Origin: a virus
Lineage: Duplodnaviria > Caudoviricetes
Length of the DNA: 64,000 nucleotides
Reading direction: 5' to 3' (one strand)
IMG/VR virus record: IMGVR_UViG_3300033120_000574
Coordinates: 32,001-96,000 of that record
Below, one piece after another: positions 8,425 through 16,818 of the stretch. Position numbers and translations under genes: made by a program. How positions within the stretch are numbered: the first letter of the stretch is position 1; every line of letters begins with the position of its first letter. The notes under the pieces were generated by a model. It was not told the origin of the DNA. It saw only the letters and a program-made list of their open reading frames with translations, and did no database searches.

Positions 8425-9038
8425 AATCCTCTTTTATTTACTGTGAATACTGCGTCTCTTGGACTCCAGTTGCGCTCCAGTCTCTTGTATATCGTGAATT
8501 GCGTGACTTGGCAACGAGGATCTCGTGACCACTCAGAAACAGTTTTAGTTTCTCCATCGATTGTCAAACGTACATTACTTCTAGTATTTACGTTCTGTTC
8601 TGCGCGAGAAGCCCAACGCACGTTTCCTGGTTCATAAGACTTGTTAGAGTCGATGCGCTCGATCGTGGCTTCCGCAAATGGACGTTTACCAACCATCAAA
8701 AGAAACGCTTCAAAGCTTTCCTTCCAAAGGTCACAAACTACAATTCCACGTCCGCCGTAGTTCTTGTAGTCTTTGTTCTTTGGATTGTGACAGCGCTGAA
8801 GCATGTGGCTCCACGTTGTGTACTCTGGAGATGTGTTCCCCATTGGAGAAGCGCCATGAGACTTCTTAGACAAGCCAACAGAGCAACGCTTACACATAAG
8901 CGTCTTGCCTTGTTCAAGGTCGTACTTGCGTAAGGTAGTCTCTGTTCGCCCACAAGAACAAGAGCATGTGAGCCTTGCTGGATCAACTGGAAGGCGAACA
9001 ACTGTCCACATTCCGTATTTTTTGCCTATGTCAGACAT
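8421..9038 (-). CDS. Free-standing HNH homing-type endonuclease
   Basis: WSHMLQRCHNPKNKDYKNYGGRGIVVC..W..SFEAF...TIERIDSNKSYEPGNVRWAS..EQNVN. Confidence 0.85.
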   Translation of the reverse strand: MSDIGKKYGMWTVVRLPVDPARLTCSCSCGRTETTLRKYDLEQGKTLMCKRCSVGLSKKSHGASPMGNTSPEYTTWSHMLQRCHNPKNKDYKNYGGRGIVVCDLWKESFEAFLLMVGKRPFAEATIERIDSNKSYEPGNVRWASRAEQNVNTRSNVRLTIDGETKTVSEWSRDPRCQVTQFTIYKRLERNWSPRDAVFTVNKRGL

Positions 9039-9634
9039 ACGGTTAATACTCTTATAAGTCGGGATAGTATGGAATTGCTTATGTTGTTGTGATATCCATC
9101 AACCTGATCGAGCAATACTTGGTGTTGCATCTCTACTTGTTCATCATGCAACACGTGTGAAGCAAAGAAGTTCTCCAAGTACTGCAACATTTCTTGTGTT
9201 TTCATTGTAGGTGGTATCGCGTCAATGCATTGTTCTAAGTCAGTAGCCAGGGATAAGTGCATTGGCACAAACATTTGAAATAACGCTAATGACTTTACTT
9301 GTTTGTTATACGGCGAACGGGGTAACCGTAAAGTACTAGGATTGTTTGCTAAGTTCCTAGTCGCAGCGCTGCGTGAAAGACCAACAAACTCAGTATCAAG
9401 CTCACAGTATTCCGAGTACTGTGGAGCTATAAAGTGTGAGTAACGAAGTACAAGATGAGTAGGGAACCAACGGGAAAGTACCTTGTATTCCTTGTCAACT
9501 ACCAATGCAGTGACGTTGAACACATACGAGCGTTCATCTGTAAGCATCGTACAAGCCAAGTCCATGCCAGCTCTCGTACGTGAGAGAAACCGTATGAACT
9601 GTGCTCTACCTTCTGTTGGTTCCCAAACTATCAT
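9026..9634 (-). CDS. Hypothetical protein
   Basis: 202-aa ORF. Confidence 0.6.
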   Translation of the reverse strand: MIVWEPTEGRAQFIRFLSRTRAGMDLACTMLTDERSYVFNVTALVVDKEYKVLSRWFPTHLVLRYSHFIAPQYSEYCELDTEFVGLSRSAATRNLANNPSTLRLPRSPYNKQVKSLALFQMFVPMHLSLATDLEQCIDAIPPTMKTQEMLQYLENFFASHVLHDEQVEMQHQVLLDQVDGYHNNISNSILSRLIRVLTVCLT

Positions 9635-9637
9635 AGC

Positions 9638-9910
9638 TCAGTGCTTCTTCTTTAAGAGTTTGGTGAGGTCATCCTGTGTAGCAAGTTTGATACCTGGCTT
9701 CTTAGCCTTCTTTGGCTTTCCACCAAGAGACTGCATAACCACTTCCGGTGGCTTTTCAAGGACTTCAACAGTGATCGTCTTCTCTTCATCATCGATGATT
9801 CGACGAATCTCGTAATTGAGTTCTACAAACTGCTTAAAGCGGTCTGACGCTAGGAGTTGAAGGAACACTTCACCGTGATATTTGAGATTTGCTTCGTTTG
9901 TCATTTTCAT
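9638..9910 (-). CDS. Hypothetical protein
   Basis: 90-aa ORF with a Lys-rich tail. Confidence 0.6.
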   Translation of the reverse strand: MKMTNEANLKYHGEVFLQLLASDRFKQFVELNYEIRRIIDDEEKTITVEVLEKPPEVVMQSLGGKPKKAKKPGIKLATQDDLTKLLKKKH

Positions 9911-11739
9911 CCTTTGAATACAGCTTCATTTAGTAAGGTTTTGCGATACTGCTGCCATGGAGCAGCAAAGTTGGATACACCACGAATATTCTCATTCAGA
10001 CAAACAAATGCTTGATGCTCAAAAGGACTCATATGTCCACAGGCAGCCAACATATCGTGACGAGCCATTTCTTCTTCAAGAGTCTTCGTAGAAGAATGCT
10101 TCTCATAAGAGACAGCCGCACAACGAGCAACGCTAAGCTTGATTAATACCTTAGTCGAATACAGCTCACGTTCACGATCTGTGACCAAAGGAATGTGCCA
10201 CTCCCGCTCATTGAGAACAGTTGGTGTGGACGCTTCAATAGCAGCCTTCATGGCACGTGCTGCAGCTTGAATCTCGGGAGCAGCAGCGGCATGGTCACGC
10301 AAAGCAAAGTAGTTATCCCACTCGGTTGCTGAGATGATTTGTGTGACCCATGCAAAAGGCTCTGTAATGCGGTTTGCCAGTTGCTTATGGGCTCCAAGCT
10401 TCTCTAGTCTACGAGCATGCCTCAAAGCATCCGCAAGAGCTTCACGCCAAATCTGCTCAGCTTCTATTGAAGAAGCTTCATCTAGATCCTGTGATGCAGA
10501 CATCCCCTTTTGGTTCTTTCCAAATGCAGAGGGAATGAAAGGCATCTCTTCAATTGCATTACAGCGAGTAGCAACAGGAATAGCACGAGATGACGCAGTA
10601 TTACGTGAATTATGAACAACTATGTCGTTTGCAAAAAAGTTAGGAAACTCTCCAGCAATGGTTAGGTCATACGTGGGTTCGTTCCCACGAAAAGTTACAG
10701 AGGTCACAGCGGCAGTAGCACCATACAAGTAAGTTCCTCCTTGCCAACCTTGGTTTTCATGCGCTGCCTTGTGACAAGGAACACATAGAAGTGTTATGTT
10801 GCTGTTTTCGAAAGCTAACTCTGGATGTGTATGTACCGGAAGAATGTGGTGGATATCTGTACCTTCCGACTTTCCACAGGTTCTACACAAGGGAGATTCC
10901 ACATACATCTTTTCTCTCTCTTTACGTTGCCATACGCTCCTCCAACGTCCATCAAATACACGGAAACGATTCTCATCCACTTTATCTTCTTCTCGTTTCC
11001 CAAACTTTTGAACGATTATGGAATCTGCTGTGGTCAGTTCTTTAATCTTCTTCCATCCATCTACTGTTAGTACAAGATGGTCTTCACTTCCTGCGACCTT
11101 AAAAGAACCTGCGGTAACTTCATACACTGGCTTTATACCTGACTCAAAAGCATCAGTTACAGTAGACCATTGGACATCTCCAGTTGTCTCGTTGATTTGT
11201 CTGATTTTCATATTTTTCAAACGAGGTTGCATATCAAATCTCGTATGAATTGGCTTGCTGTTTCGCCACGCAAAAAAATCACTACCAAGAACAAGCCATT
11301 GTCTTTTATCACTTGCTTTGATAGCGGTAAGATCGCCCTTTCGGCAGGCTGTGTGAACATTTGTTTTGGTCATACCACACAGCTTCGCAATCTCACTTCC
11401 TGTGTATGTCTTCGTAGGAAGTACATCATCTATACTAATTGTCTTTTTTGGATTTGCAGTGATGTGATTTGCTCCATTCAACCACTTATCTACAAAAGAA
11501 GAGATAGTCATCTTGTGTGATCTATACTCTCCTTTACTTTGTTTGCTTGGAAGATCAAACTCTAGTATGGCGTCACCAGCAAGACAAAAAGTCCTATGAG
11601 TATTTTGTTCAGCTAGAATGATGCGAGGAATCGTAATTGCCAAAGTAATCAAACGTGTTTGACGTTTATTCTCTGGAGAGAGTACCTTGTAGGTAGGAAT
11701 TGAGTCGGCAAGGATTTCGCAATGATATGGAGTGGTCAT
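9907..11739 (-). CDS. thyX: Flavin-dependent thymidylate synthase, intein-containing
   Basis: Exteins rejoin as ILAEQNTHRTF|SRNTASSRAIP...HKQLANRITEPF...HMSPFEHQA, the phage Thy1/ThyX signature. Confidence 0.85.
   Translation of the reverse strand: MTTPYHCEILADSIPTYKVLSPENKRQTRLITLAITIPRIILAEQNTHRTFCLAGDAILEFDLPSKQSKGEYRSHKMTISSFVDKWLNGANHITANPKKTISIDDVLPTKTYTGSEIAKLCGMTKTNVHTACRKGDLTAIKASDKRQWLVLGSDFFAWRNSKPIHTRFDMQPRLKNMKIRQINETTGDVQWSTVTDAFESGIKPVYEVTAGSFKVAGSEDHLVLTVDGWKKIKELTTADSIIVQKFGKREEDKVDENRFRVFDGRWRSVWQRKEREKMYVESPLCRTCGKSEGTDIHHILPVHTHPELAFENSNITLLCVPCHKAAHENQGWQGGTYLYGATAAVTSVTFRGNEPTYDLTIAGEFPNFFANDIVVHNSRNTASSRAIPVATRCNAIEEMPFIPSAFGKNQKGMSASQDLDEASSIEAEQIWREALADALRHARRLEKLGAHKQLANRITEPFAWVTQIISATEWDNYFALRDHAAAAPEIQAAARAMKAAIEASTPTVLNEREWHIPLVTDRERELYSTKVLIKLSVARCAAVSYEKHSSTKTLEEEMARHDMLAACGHMSPFEHQAFVCLNENIRGVSNFAAPWQQYRKTLLNEAVFKG
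10609..11586 (-). mobile_element. Intein in ThyX (326 aa) carrying HTH and HNH domains
   Basis: Starts CLAGDA; block B GSEDHLVLT; block F EPTYDLTI; ends VVHN|S. Internal CRTC..DIHH..NITLLCVPCHKAAH HNH motif. Confidence 0.9.
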
Positions 11740-12551
11740 AGTACTTTCAAAAAGATATCAATGTTGTGTTCTAGTTGAGCAAGTGTTCCGTCATTCCTAA
11801 GAATGAAATGAAACTCACTTAGAGGAAAATCCTGCGTTTCGGAAGCATGTTGTGGAATACCAATAGATGCCGCCTCTGCATCTGTTGCTTCACGCAGCAC
11901 CTTCACCAAGGTTCCATGCTTATCTCGGATAGCTGCAAACTCATTTTGAAAACGAACATCTGAGATGACAACGCCTTGTACGTGTTCCGAGTCATGTGTT
12001 TCACGTAAGCCGTGCGCTGGATCGTAGCGAAGTGTAGCGCGTCCCTCATCTGCCATCGTTCCATTCCATCGGGTATGCAGCAACTGTTTCGCTGTGTCAA
12101 GCACAAGGGAGATCCAAACGTCTTCATCTACAGAGTCGCGTCCCCATTCTGTTCCAAGAGCTTGAAGCATGATGCGTGGTGACAAGTCTGGATAGTTACT
12201 CTCAAGGTCGTCAAACCAAGAAAGCAGGGATTGCTTTACTGCCATGATATCCAAATCTGGATACAACTTAAAGATAGGTTCTAACCAGCGGTCAGCTACT
12301 GCAACTAAACGAACAGCTGCATTCTTCCAAGCAGGAGAGCCTGCAAAGTATCTTGTATCGTGTGCATTTCTCATTTGTGAGGGTCCCCACAGTTGATTGT
12401 ATGAGAATAGGAACACTGAGCTTCCTAGACGCTTTAATGGGTCTGCCAAAGCTATGCGTACGTAGGCGTGATGGTCTATCAGGTAGTCAGCAACTGTATC
12501 TTTGCCAGATCCTAGATTGCCACTAATTCCAATGATTCGTTCTTTTTTCAT
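11736..12551 (-). CDS. Deoxynucleoside monophosphate kinase
   Basis: IIGISGNLGSGKDTVA, ALADPLK, SPRIMLQALGTEWGR, VISDVRFQNE, HASE. Confidence 0.88.
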   Translation of the reverse strand: MKKERIIGISGNLGSGKDTVADYLIDHHAYVRIALADPLKRLGSSVFLFSYNQLWGPSQMRNAHDTRYFAGSPAWKNAAVRLVAVADRWLEPIFKLYPDLDIMAVKQSLLSWFDDLESNYPDLSPRIMLQALGTEWGRDSVDEDVWISLVLDTAKQLLHTRWNGTMADEGRATLRYDPAHGLRETHDSEHVQGVVISDVRFQNEFAAIRDKHGTLVKVLREATDAEAASIGIPQHASETQDFPLSEFHFILRNDGTLAQLEHNIDIFLKVL

Positions 12552-12904
12552 TAGCTTGATGTCTTTCGAATAAACTCATCACTGATACGATAATTGACGT
12601 TGTCCACAAGTGTAGTGGCAAATACATTCAACTCTGCTAGTTGTGTCTCCAACTCAGCTGCACGTTCTATGCACGCCTTGAAGAACAGGGCTTGTTCATT
12701 TAGTGCTCTTGTTCCATGCAGTGTGACCATCAGTGCAATAGCAGTCTTAGTATCTGGCATCTCTAACGCCATACGTGACAAAAGCTTGTCTAACGCTATT
12801 TGTAGTGCATTGGTTTTGTGTTTTATATTCTGCTTGATCTTCTCACCAGGGAGAACGCAGTAGTCGCCTTTAGTAGTATCTACTATCTCAGCTTTCATTG
12901 TCAT
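12551..12904 (-). CDS. Hypothetical protein
   Basis: 117-aa ORF. Confidence 0.55.
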   Translation of the reverse strand: MTMKAEIVDTTKGDYCVLPGEKIKQNIKHKTNALQIALDKLLSRMALEMPDTKTAIALMVTLHGTRALNEQALFFKACIERAAELETQLAELNVFATTLVDNVNYRISDEFIRKTSS

Positions 12905-14813
12905 CCTTTATGGAAGTTATTCCATCCTTTTTAATTACTGTCAATGTTTGTGTGAACAAATCACTGAAATCTGGGCGGTGAGTAACAACGAACACCGTCT
13001 TGTACCTGGACTTTTGGTCGTTCAGCAAGCGGACTATAGCTTCTGTACCGGACCTGTCAATCGACTCGAAAGGCTCATCTAGGAAGCGCCAAGGAAGCTG
13101 TTTGGCGGTTCTAAACTGTGCAAGGTCTCCAAGTGCAAGGGACACGATCAAGTCGATTCTAGCGCGTTCCCCAGTGCTGGCACCCTTGTATGAGTTGGAC
13201 CCATGCTGGTACTCACAGTTTACTGAGAACTTGTCTTTCTCCACACCCGTTTTGAGTGTGCTCTTTGTGGAGAAAGACACTTTGAGTTCTCCACTTGTGA
13301 GTATGTTGCTGTAGTACGCTGCTCGGTCGTTTAGAATAGGTGTAACAAAATCCAACATGTAGCTTCGCAGACCAGCAGGACCAAAACCAGTTACCCAAAA
13401 TTGGTACAGTGAAAGTTGCTTTTGAGTCTCTTCCTCTTGTGTACTTAACGCAGAGAGGCTTTCCTCACAAGAAACTAGCGTCGCTTTGAGTGCATCAAAC
13501 TTCTCTGTGTAAGAAGAGTTGCTTTTCTTAGCTTCCAGTAAAGCAACTTCTTCCTTAGCTCGATTAAGCTTTAGGTTGCGTAAGTCAGTTTGTATTACCT
13601 TGCTCTTCCACTGGTTCTCCGTTTGCAAAGCATATTCATCCTCTGCAATCTTGTTCTTAGATTCGAGAGTTTCACAAAACTTTAGATGCTCTTTAGTTTG
13701 CTGCTCAAGCTGAGCGGTCAACTTAAGCAAGTCTTGTTTTAGAGTTTCATCAAACTTGAATAGCCTTGTGTACTCGCTTTGTGCTTGTTGAAGCAAGCAG
13801 GCGTGCTTTTCCGCAGGAAGCGATTGTTCACAATGAACACAGTCTGTTTGACTTTTTGTCTTCTCAAGCAAAGAGGCGTGTTGTGTAACAGTGGCGCTAG
13901 AAACAGCTAGTTTGTTCTTGGTGCTGTGTATTTTATCTTCAATAGCTTTAGTTTGTTTCTCTTGCTGCTTTGTGTAGTCACTAGTTAGCTTTTGTATAGC
14001 TGCTAATGCTGACTTTGCAGCTGCATAATCAACATCTGTGTTGGCATAGATGGCAAGAGACTTCTCATGCTCTGCTATCTCTGCATTTGTTTGTGTAAGA
14101 GCAGCTTCACACTGTGTAACTATCTCTTCTTGTCTAGCTTCTCGATCTTGAATAAGTTGCTCAAGGTCAGCCATGTGGCGTTGCGTAGACGCAACCTCTA
14201 CTTCAAGAGCTTTCTTCTTTGCTTGCAGTCCAGCTATCACAAGTTCTAGGTCTTTTGATTTTTGCTTAGCGAGGTCACCAGCTGCAGCAAGTTGCTTGGT
14301 TTGTAAAAGAGACTCTAGAATATCTTTGACCGCCTTATCTGTCATCTTGGCAACTTTAATGCCAGTTCCAGGCATCATTGCACAGAATGTAGTGAAGTCG
14401 AAACCTACGATCTGGTTAACTAGCTCTTGCGTTGCTGCCATGCTAGGCGCGGATTGCACTTGCTTTCCATCAATAGCTATAGTCAAATCGTTTGGTTTCT
14501 TTGAGGAAGTGTCAAGACGATGCCTTGAAACTGTGTACTTTTTACCCTCTACTTGAAAAGTAAGAGCAACCACACAGTCTTTACCAAAAGCACGGTTAAC
14601 TACTTCATCACCAGTTAGGTCACGAATAGTCTCACCCCACAAACACCAACAAATAGCTTCGAGAAGGATCGATTTACCACTGCCATTCGAGTCCGCCAAA
14701 GGCGCATCCGCATTGATACCCTTAATCAAGACCAAGCCTGGCTGGTTGAGGGCAAGTTCAATGTGTTTGATTGAACAAAAGTTACGTATTGAAATGTGAT
14801 GTAGGTCCATCAA
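12888..14813 (-). CDS. Rad50/SbcC/gp46-like recombination ATPase
   Basis: Walker A NGSGKS, coiled coil with CVHC zinc hook, signature STGE, Walker B FLDEPFESID, VTH. Confidence 0.92.
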   Translation of the reverse strand: MMDLHHISIRNFCSIKHIELALNQPGLVLIKGINADAPLADSNGSGKSILLEAICWCLWGETIRDLTGDEVVNRAFGKDCVVALTFQVEGKKYTVSRHRLDTSSKKPNDLTIAIDGKQVQSAPSMAATQELVNQIVGFDFTTFCAMMPGTGIKVAKMTDKAVKDILESLLQTKQLAAAGDLAKQKSKDLELVIAGLQAKKKALEVEVASTQRHMADLEQLIQDREARQEEIVTQCEAALTQTNAEIAEHEKSLAIYANTDVDYAAAKSALAAIQKLTSDYTKQQEKQTKAIEDKIHSTKNKLAVSSATVTQHASLLEKTKSQTDCVHCEQSLPAEKHACLLQQAQSEYTRLFKFDETLKQDLLKLTAQLEQQTKEHLKFCETLESKNKIAEDEYALQTENQWKSKVIQTDLRNLKLNRAKEEVALLEAKKSNSSYTEKFDALKATLVSCEESLSALSTQEEETQKQLSLYQFWVTGFGPAGLRSYMLDFVTPILNDRAAYYSNILTSGELKVSFSTKSTLKTGVEKDKFSVNCEYQHGSNSYKGASTGERARIDLIVSLALGDLAQFRTAKQLPWRFLDEPFESIDRSGTEAIVRLLNDQKSRYKTVFVVTHRPDFSDLFTQTLTVIKKDGITSIKDDNES

Positions 14814-15934
14814 TCCTCGGAAGCATCAGCAAGCAAAGCATTGCCAGTGGTGATAAGAGATTCTTTTGCAGGAGACGCAGCAGTGTACAGATTGCGTGAG
14901 TCAACCCAACTGGAGACCATCCTAGCCAATGAAAGGTCTGCGTCCAGCACCATTACGTCTGGTGCCTCTTCCGGGGCTGCAATGACTTCGTAGGTGCTGC
15001 TCTTAGCCTTTGAGCGAAGCTTTGTAACCTCATCCAAACTCAAGTTCTTGGGAGCCATGTAGCGCACGAAGTCTATGTCACGTACTTCGGTATCCTCTGA
15101 CTGTGTGACAATAAAGCGTGGTGCTGCTGTAGACTCAATGTGAGTAAAGTCTACATAGTCTCGGTAAACACGAACATGTAGGAAACCACGCTTTGTATTT
15201 GCATCCCCCCAATTGTGTTGGTGCGTGGCGCCTACATACCAACCGTTTTTGAATAGCTGTTGGTGTTCATGGTAATGGCCAAACAAACACAAAGAAAACT
15301 TATCCACTGGCAGGTCTGTAGTAGTTACATCTGAGTCAGACACGAGTACGTAATCAGATCCTACCTTTGCACCTTGAATTCCTAGATGCGAAAACAGCAT
15401 GTGTGGAATTAGTGGTTGCGTAAGATTAGACAGTTCTTGTATTTCTTTGGTAGCCAGCGCACGGTCATCTGTGTATGGCACAAAGGAAAACCTAAGTTGT
15501 TCACCCATTTTACTCATTGGTGTGAGTGTGCTGTTTTCTTTGCCTGCCTCAGTTCGATCAAAAATCACAACATTTGGCAAAGACTTAAAAGTGTGCAGTG
15601 AGTGTACTTTTCCAGCACGGTCAGCGTAATCATGATTTCCAGGCATCATGTAAACCTTGGAATAATACGACAATGACTCTATTGCATCATACATCAAGTT
15701 TGTAGCCAAAGTAGGCACAGAGGACCGTGTATGGAACATGTCTCCACAGAACACTGTGTGTTTGATTTTGTTGGTGCGACAGTAAGCAGTGATTTCATCA
15801 ATCACAAGCTTAGAGGCAAGCAAACGGTCATTTACGAAAACTCCGTTATGTTCCACTTCATGTGACCCGTAGGGAAACGGATGTGCATGGTGATCGGAAA
15901 ATACAACGAACTCGTCAATTACAATGTCAGGCAT
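14810..15934 (-). CDS. Mre11/SbcD/gp47-like nuclease
   Basis: FSDHH, CGDMFH, PGNHD, FGHYH, VGA..Q.NWGD; adjacent to the Rad50-like gene. Start taken at MPDIV (15934). Confidence 0.9.
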   Translation of the reverse strand: MPDIVIDEFVVFSDHHAHPFPYGSHEVEHNGVFVNDRLLASKLVIDEITAYCRTNKIKHTVFCGDMFHTRSSVPTLATNLMYDAIESLSYYSKVYMMPGNHDYADRAGKVHSLHTFKSLPNVVIFDRTEAGKENSTLTPMSKMGEQLRFSFVPYTDDRALATKEIQELSNLTQPLIPHMLFSHLGIQGAKVGSDYVLVSDSDVTTTDLPVDKFSLCLFGHYHEHQQLFKNGWYVGATHQHNWGDANTKRGFLHVRVYRDYVDFTHIESTAAPRFIVTQSEDTEVRDIDFVRYMAPKNLSLDEVTKLRSKAKSSTYEVIAAPEEAPDVMVLDADLSLARMVSSWVDSRNLYTAASPAKESLITTGNALLADASED

Positions 15935-15942
15935 AGTTCTCC

Positions 15943-15980
15943 AAAGAAAGAAGTCCCTCAAATGTTACTTCAAGGGACTT
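15943..15980 (-). terminator. Intrinsic terminator-like hairpin
   Basis: AAGTCCCTT-12 nt loop-GAGGGACTT followed by CTTTCTTT on the minus strand. Confidence 0.55.
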
Positions 15981-15999
15981 AGGTAAGAATCAATCTAAA

Positions 16000-16449
16000 T
16001 CAAACAAGCTGTTCGCGGTGATAGGTAATCCAACCATTAGGACAGTGCTTGTTCATGTATACATCACTCATGTTCTTAGATTCATCATCTGTAAGCAAAC
16101 GAACATGTGGAGCATACACTTTGTCTTTGAAAGCAAATACTGTTGGAGTAAGACCTAAGTGTGTGAGATTCAGTTTATCATGCTCTAATGATAGCCGCGA
16201 ACACACGATGAATGCTTTAAGGGTTTCCTTATCACCTTCCCATGCATTTCGAATAAGTAAATCATGTTGCTCTTTGTCAACAACTAGCAAAGCTATGTGT
16301 CGTGTAAACTGTGTTGTACTGTTTGGTTCACTACAGTTAAACTCAACTAAAGTGTTGGACTGTTGTTCAAGACTAGCAAGTGTGTATGTAGCGTCTCCTA
16401 TTTGAAGGACTACAGGCTTACCAGTGATACGCATCATTTTATTTTCCAT
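16000..16449 (-). CDS. Hypothetical protein
   Basis: 149-aa ORF. Confidence 0.6.
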   Translation of the reverse strand: MENKMMRITGKPVVLQIGDATYTLASLEQQSNTLVEFNCSEPNSTTQFTRHIALLVVDKEQHDLLIRNAWEGDKETLKAFIVCSRLSLEHDKLNLTHLGLTPTVFAFKDKVYAPHVRLLTDDESKNMSDVYMNKHCPNGWITYHREQLV

Positions 16450-16452
16450 TTC

Positions 16453-16818
16453 TTATTCTCCACGTGTCTTATCTAGTTTGTAAACAGGGCAACCATAGTG
16501 GTGCCAATCTAACCGTTCTTGCACACACTCTTGGATCGAGTATGCAGGGTTTGCGAGGCGAAGCAACAAGGAAATGAACGCAGGGTGCAATCCGTCGTAC
16601 TTCTTTGGGATCACCTTGTGTTCAATCAAGTGCTCACCTAGTGTTGGTGCACGTCTAAGCTCCGCTATCACATTATCCGCAAAGCCTTTCTTCCAGTGTG
16701 GTGAACCGCCTTCCTCTTGCTTTCGCGCTTCCTTCTTTTGCTGTGCAACTTTGCAAAATTCAATGTTCTTACATTCATCTGTGGTTTGGTGACCACATCC
16801 ATTACAGCTATTCTGCAT
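16453..16818 (-). CDS. Cys-rich hypothetical protein
   Basis: [10 protein letters not shown]...C...C; start overlaps the recA 3' end. Confidence 0.55.
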   Translation of the reverse strand: MQNSCNGCGHQTTDECKNIEFCKVAQQKKEARKQEEGGSPHWKKGFADNVIAELRRAPTLGEHLIEHKVIPKKYDGLHPAFISLLLRLANPAYSIQECVQERLDWHHYGCPVYKLDKTRGE

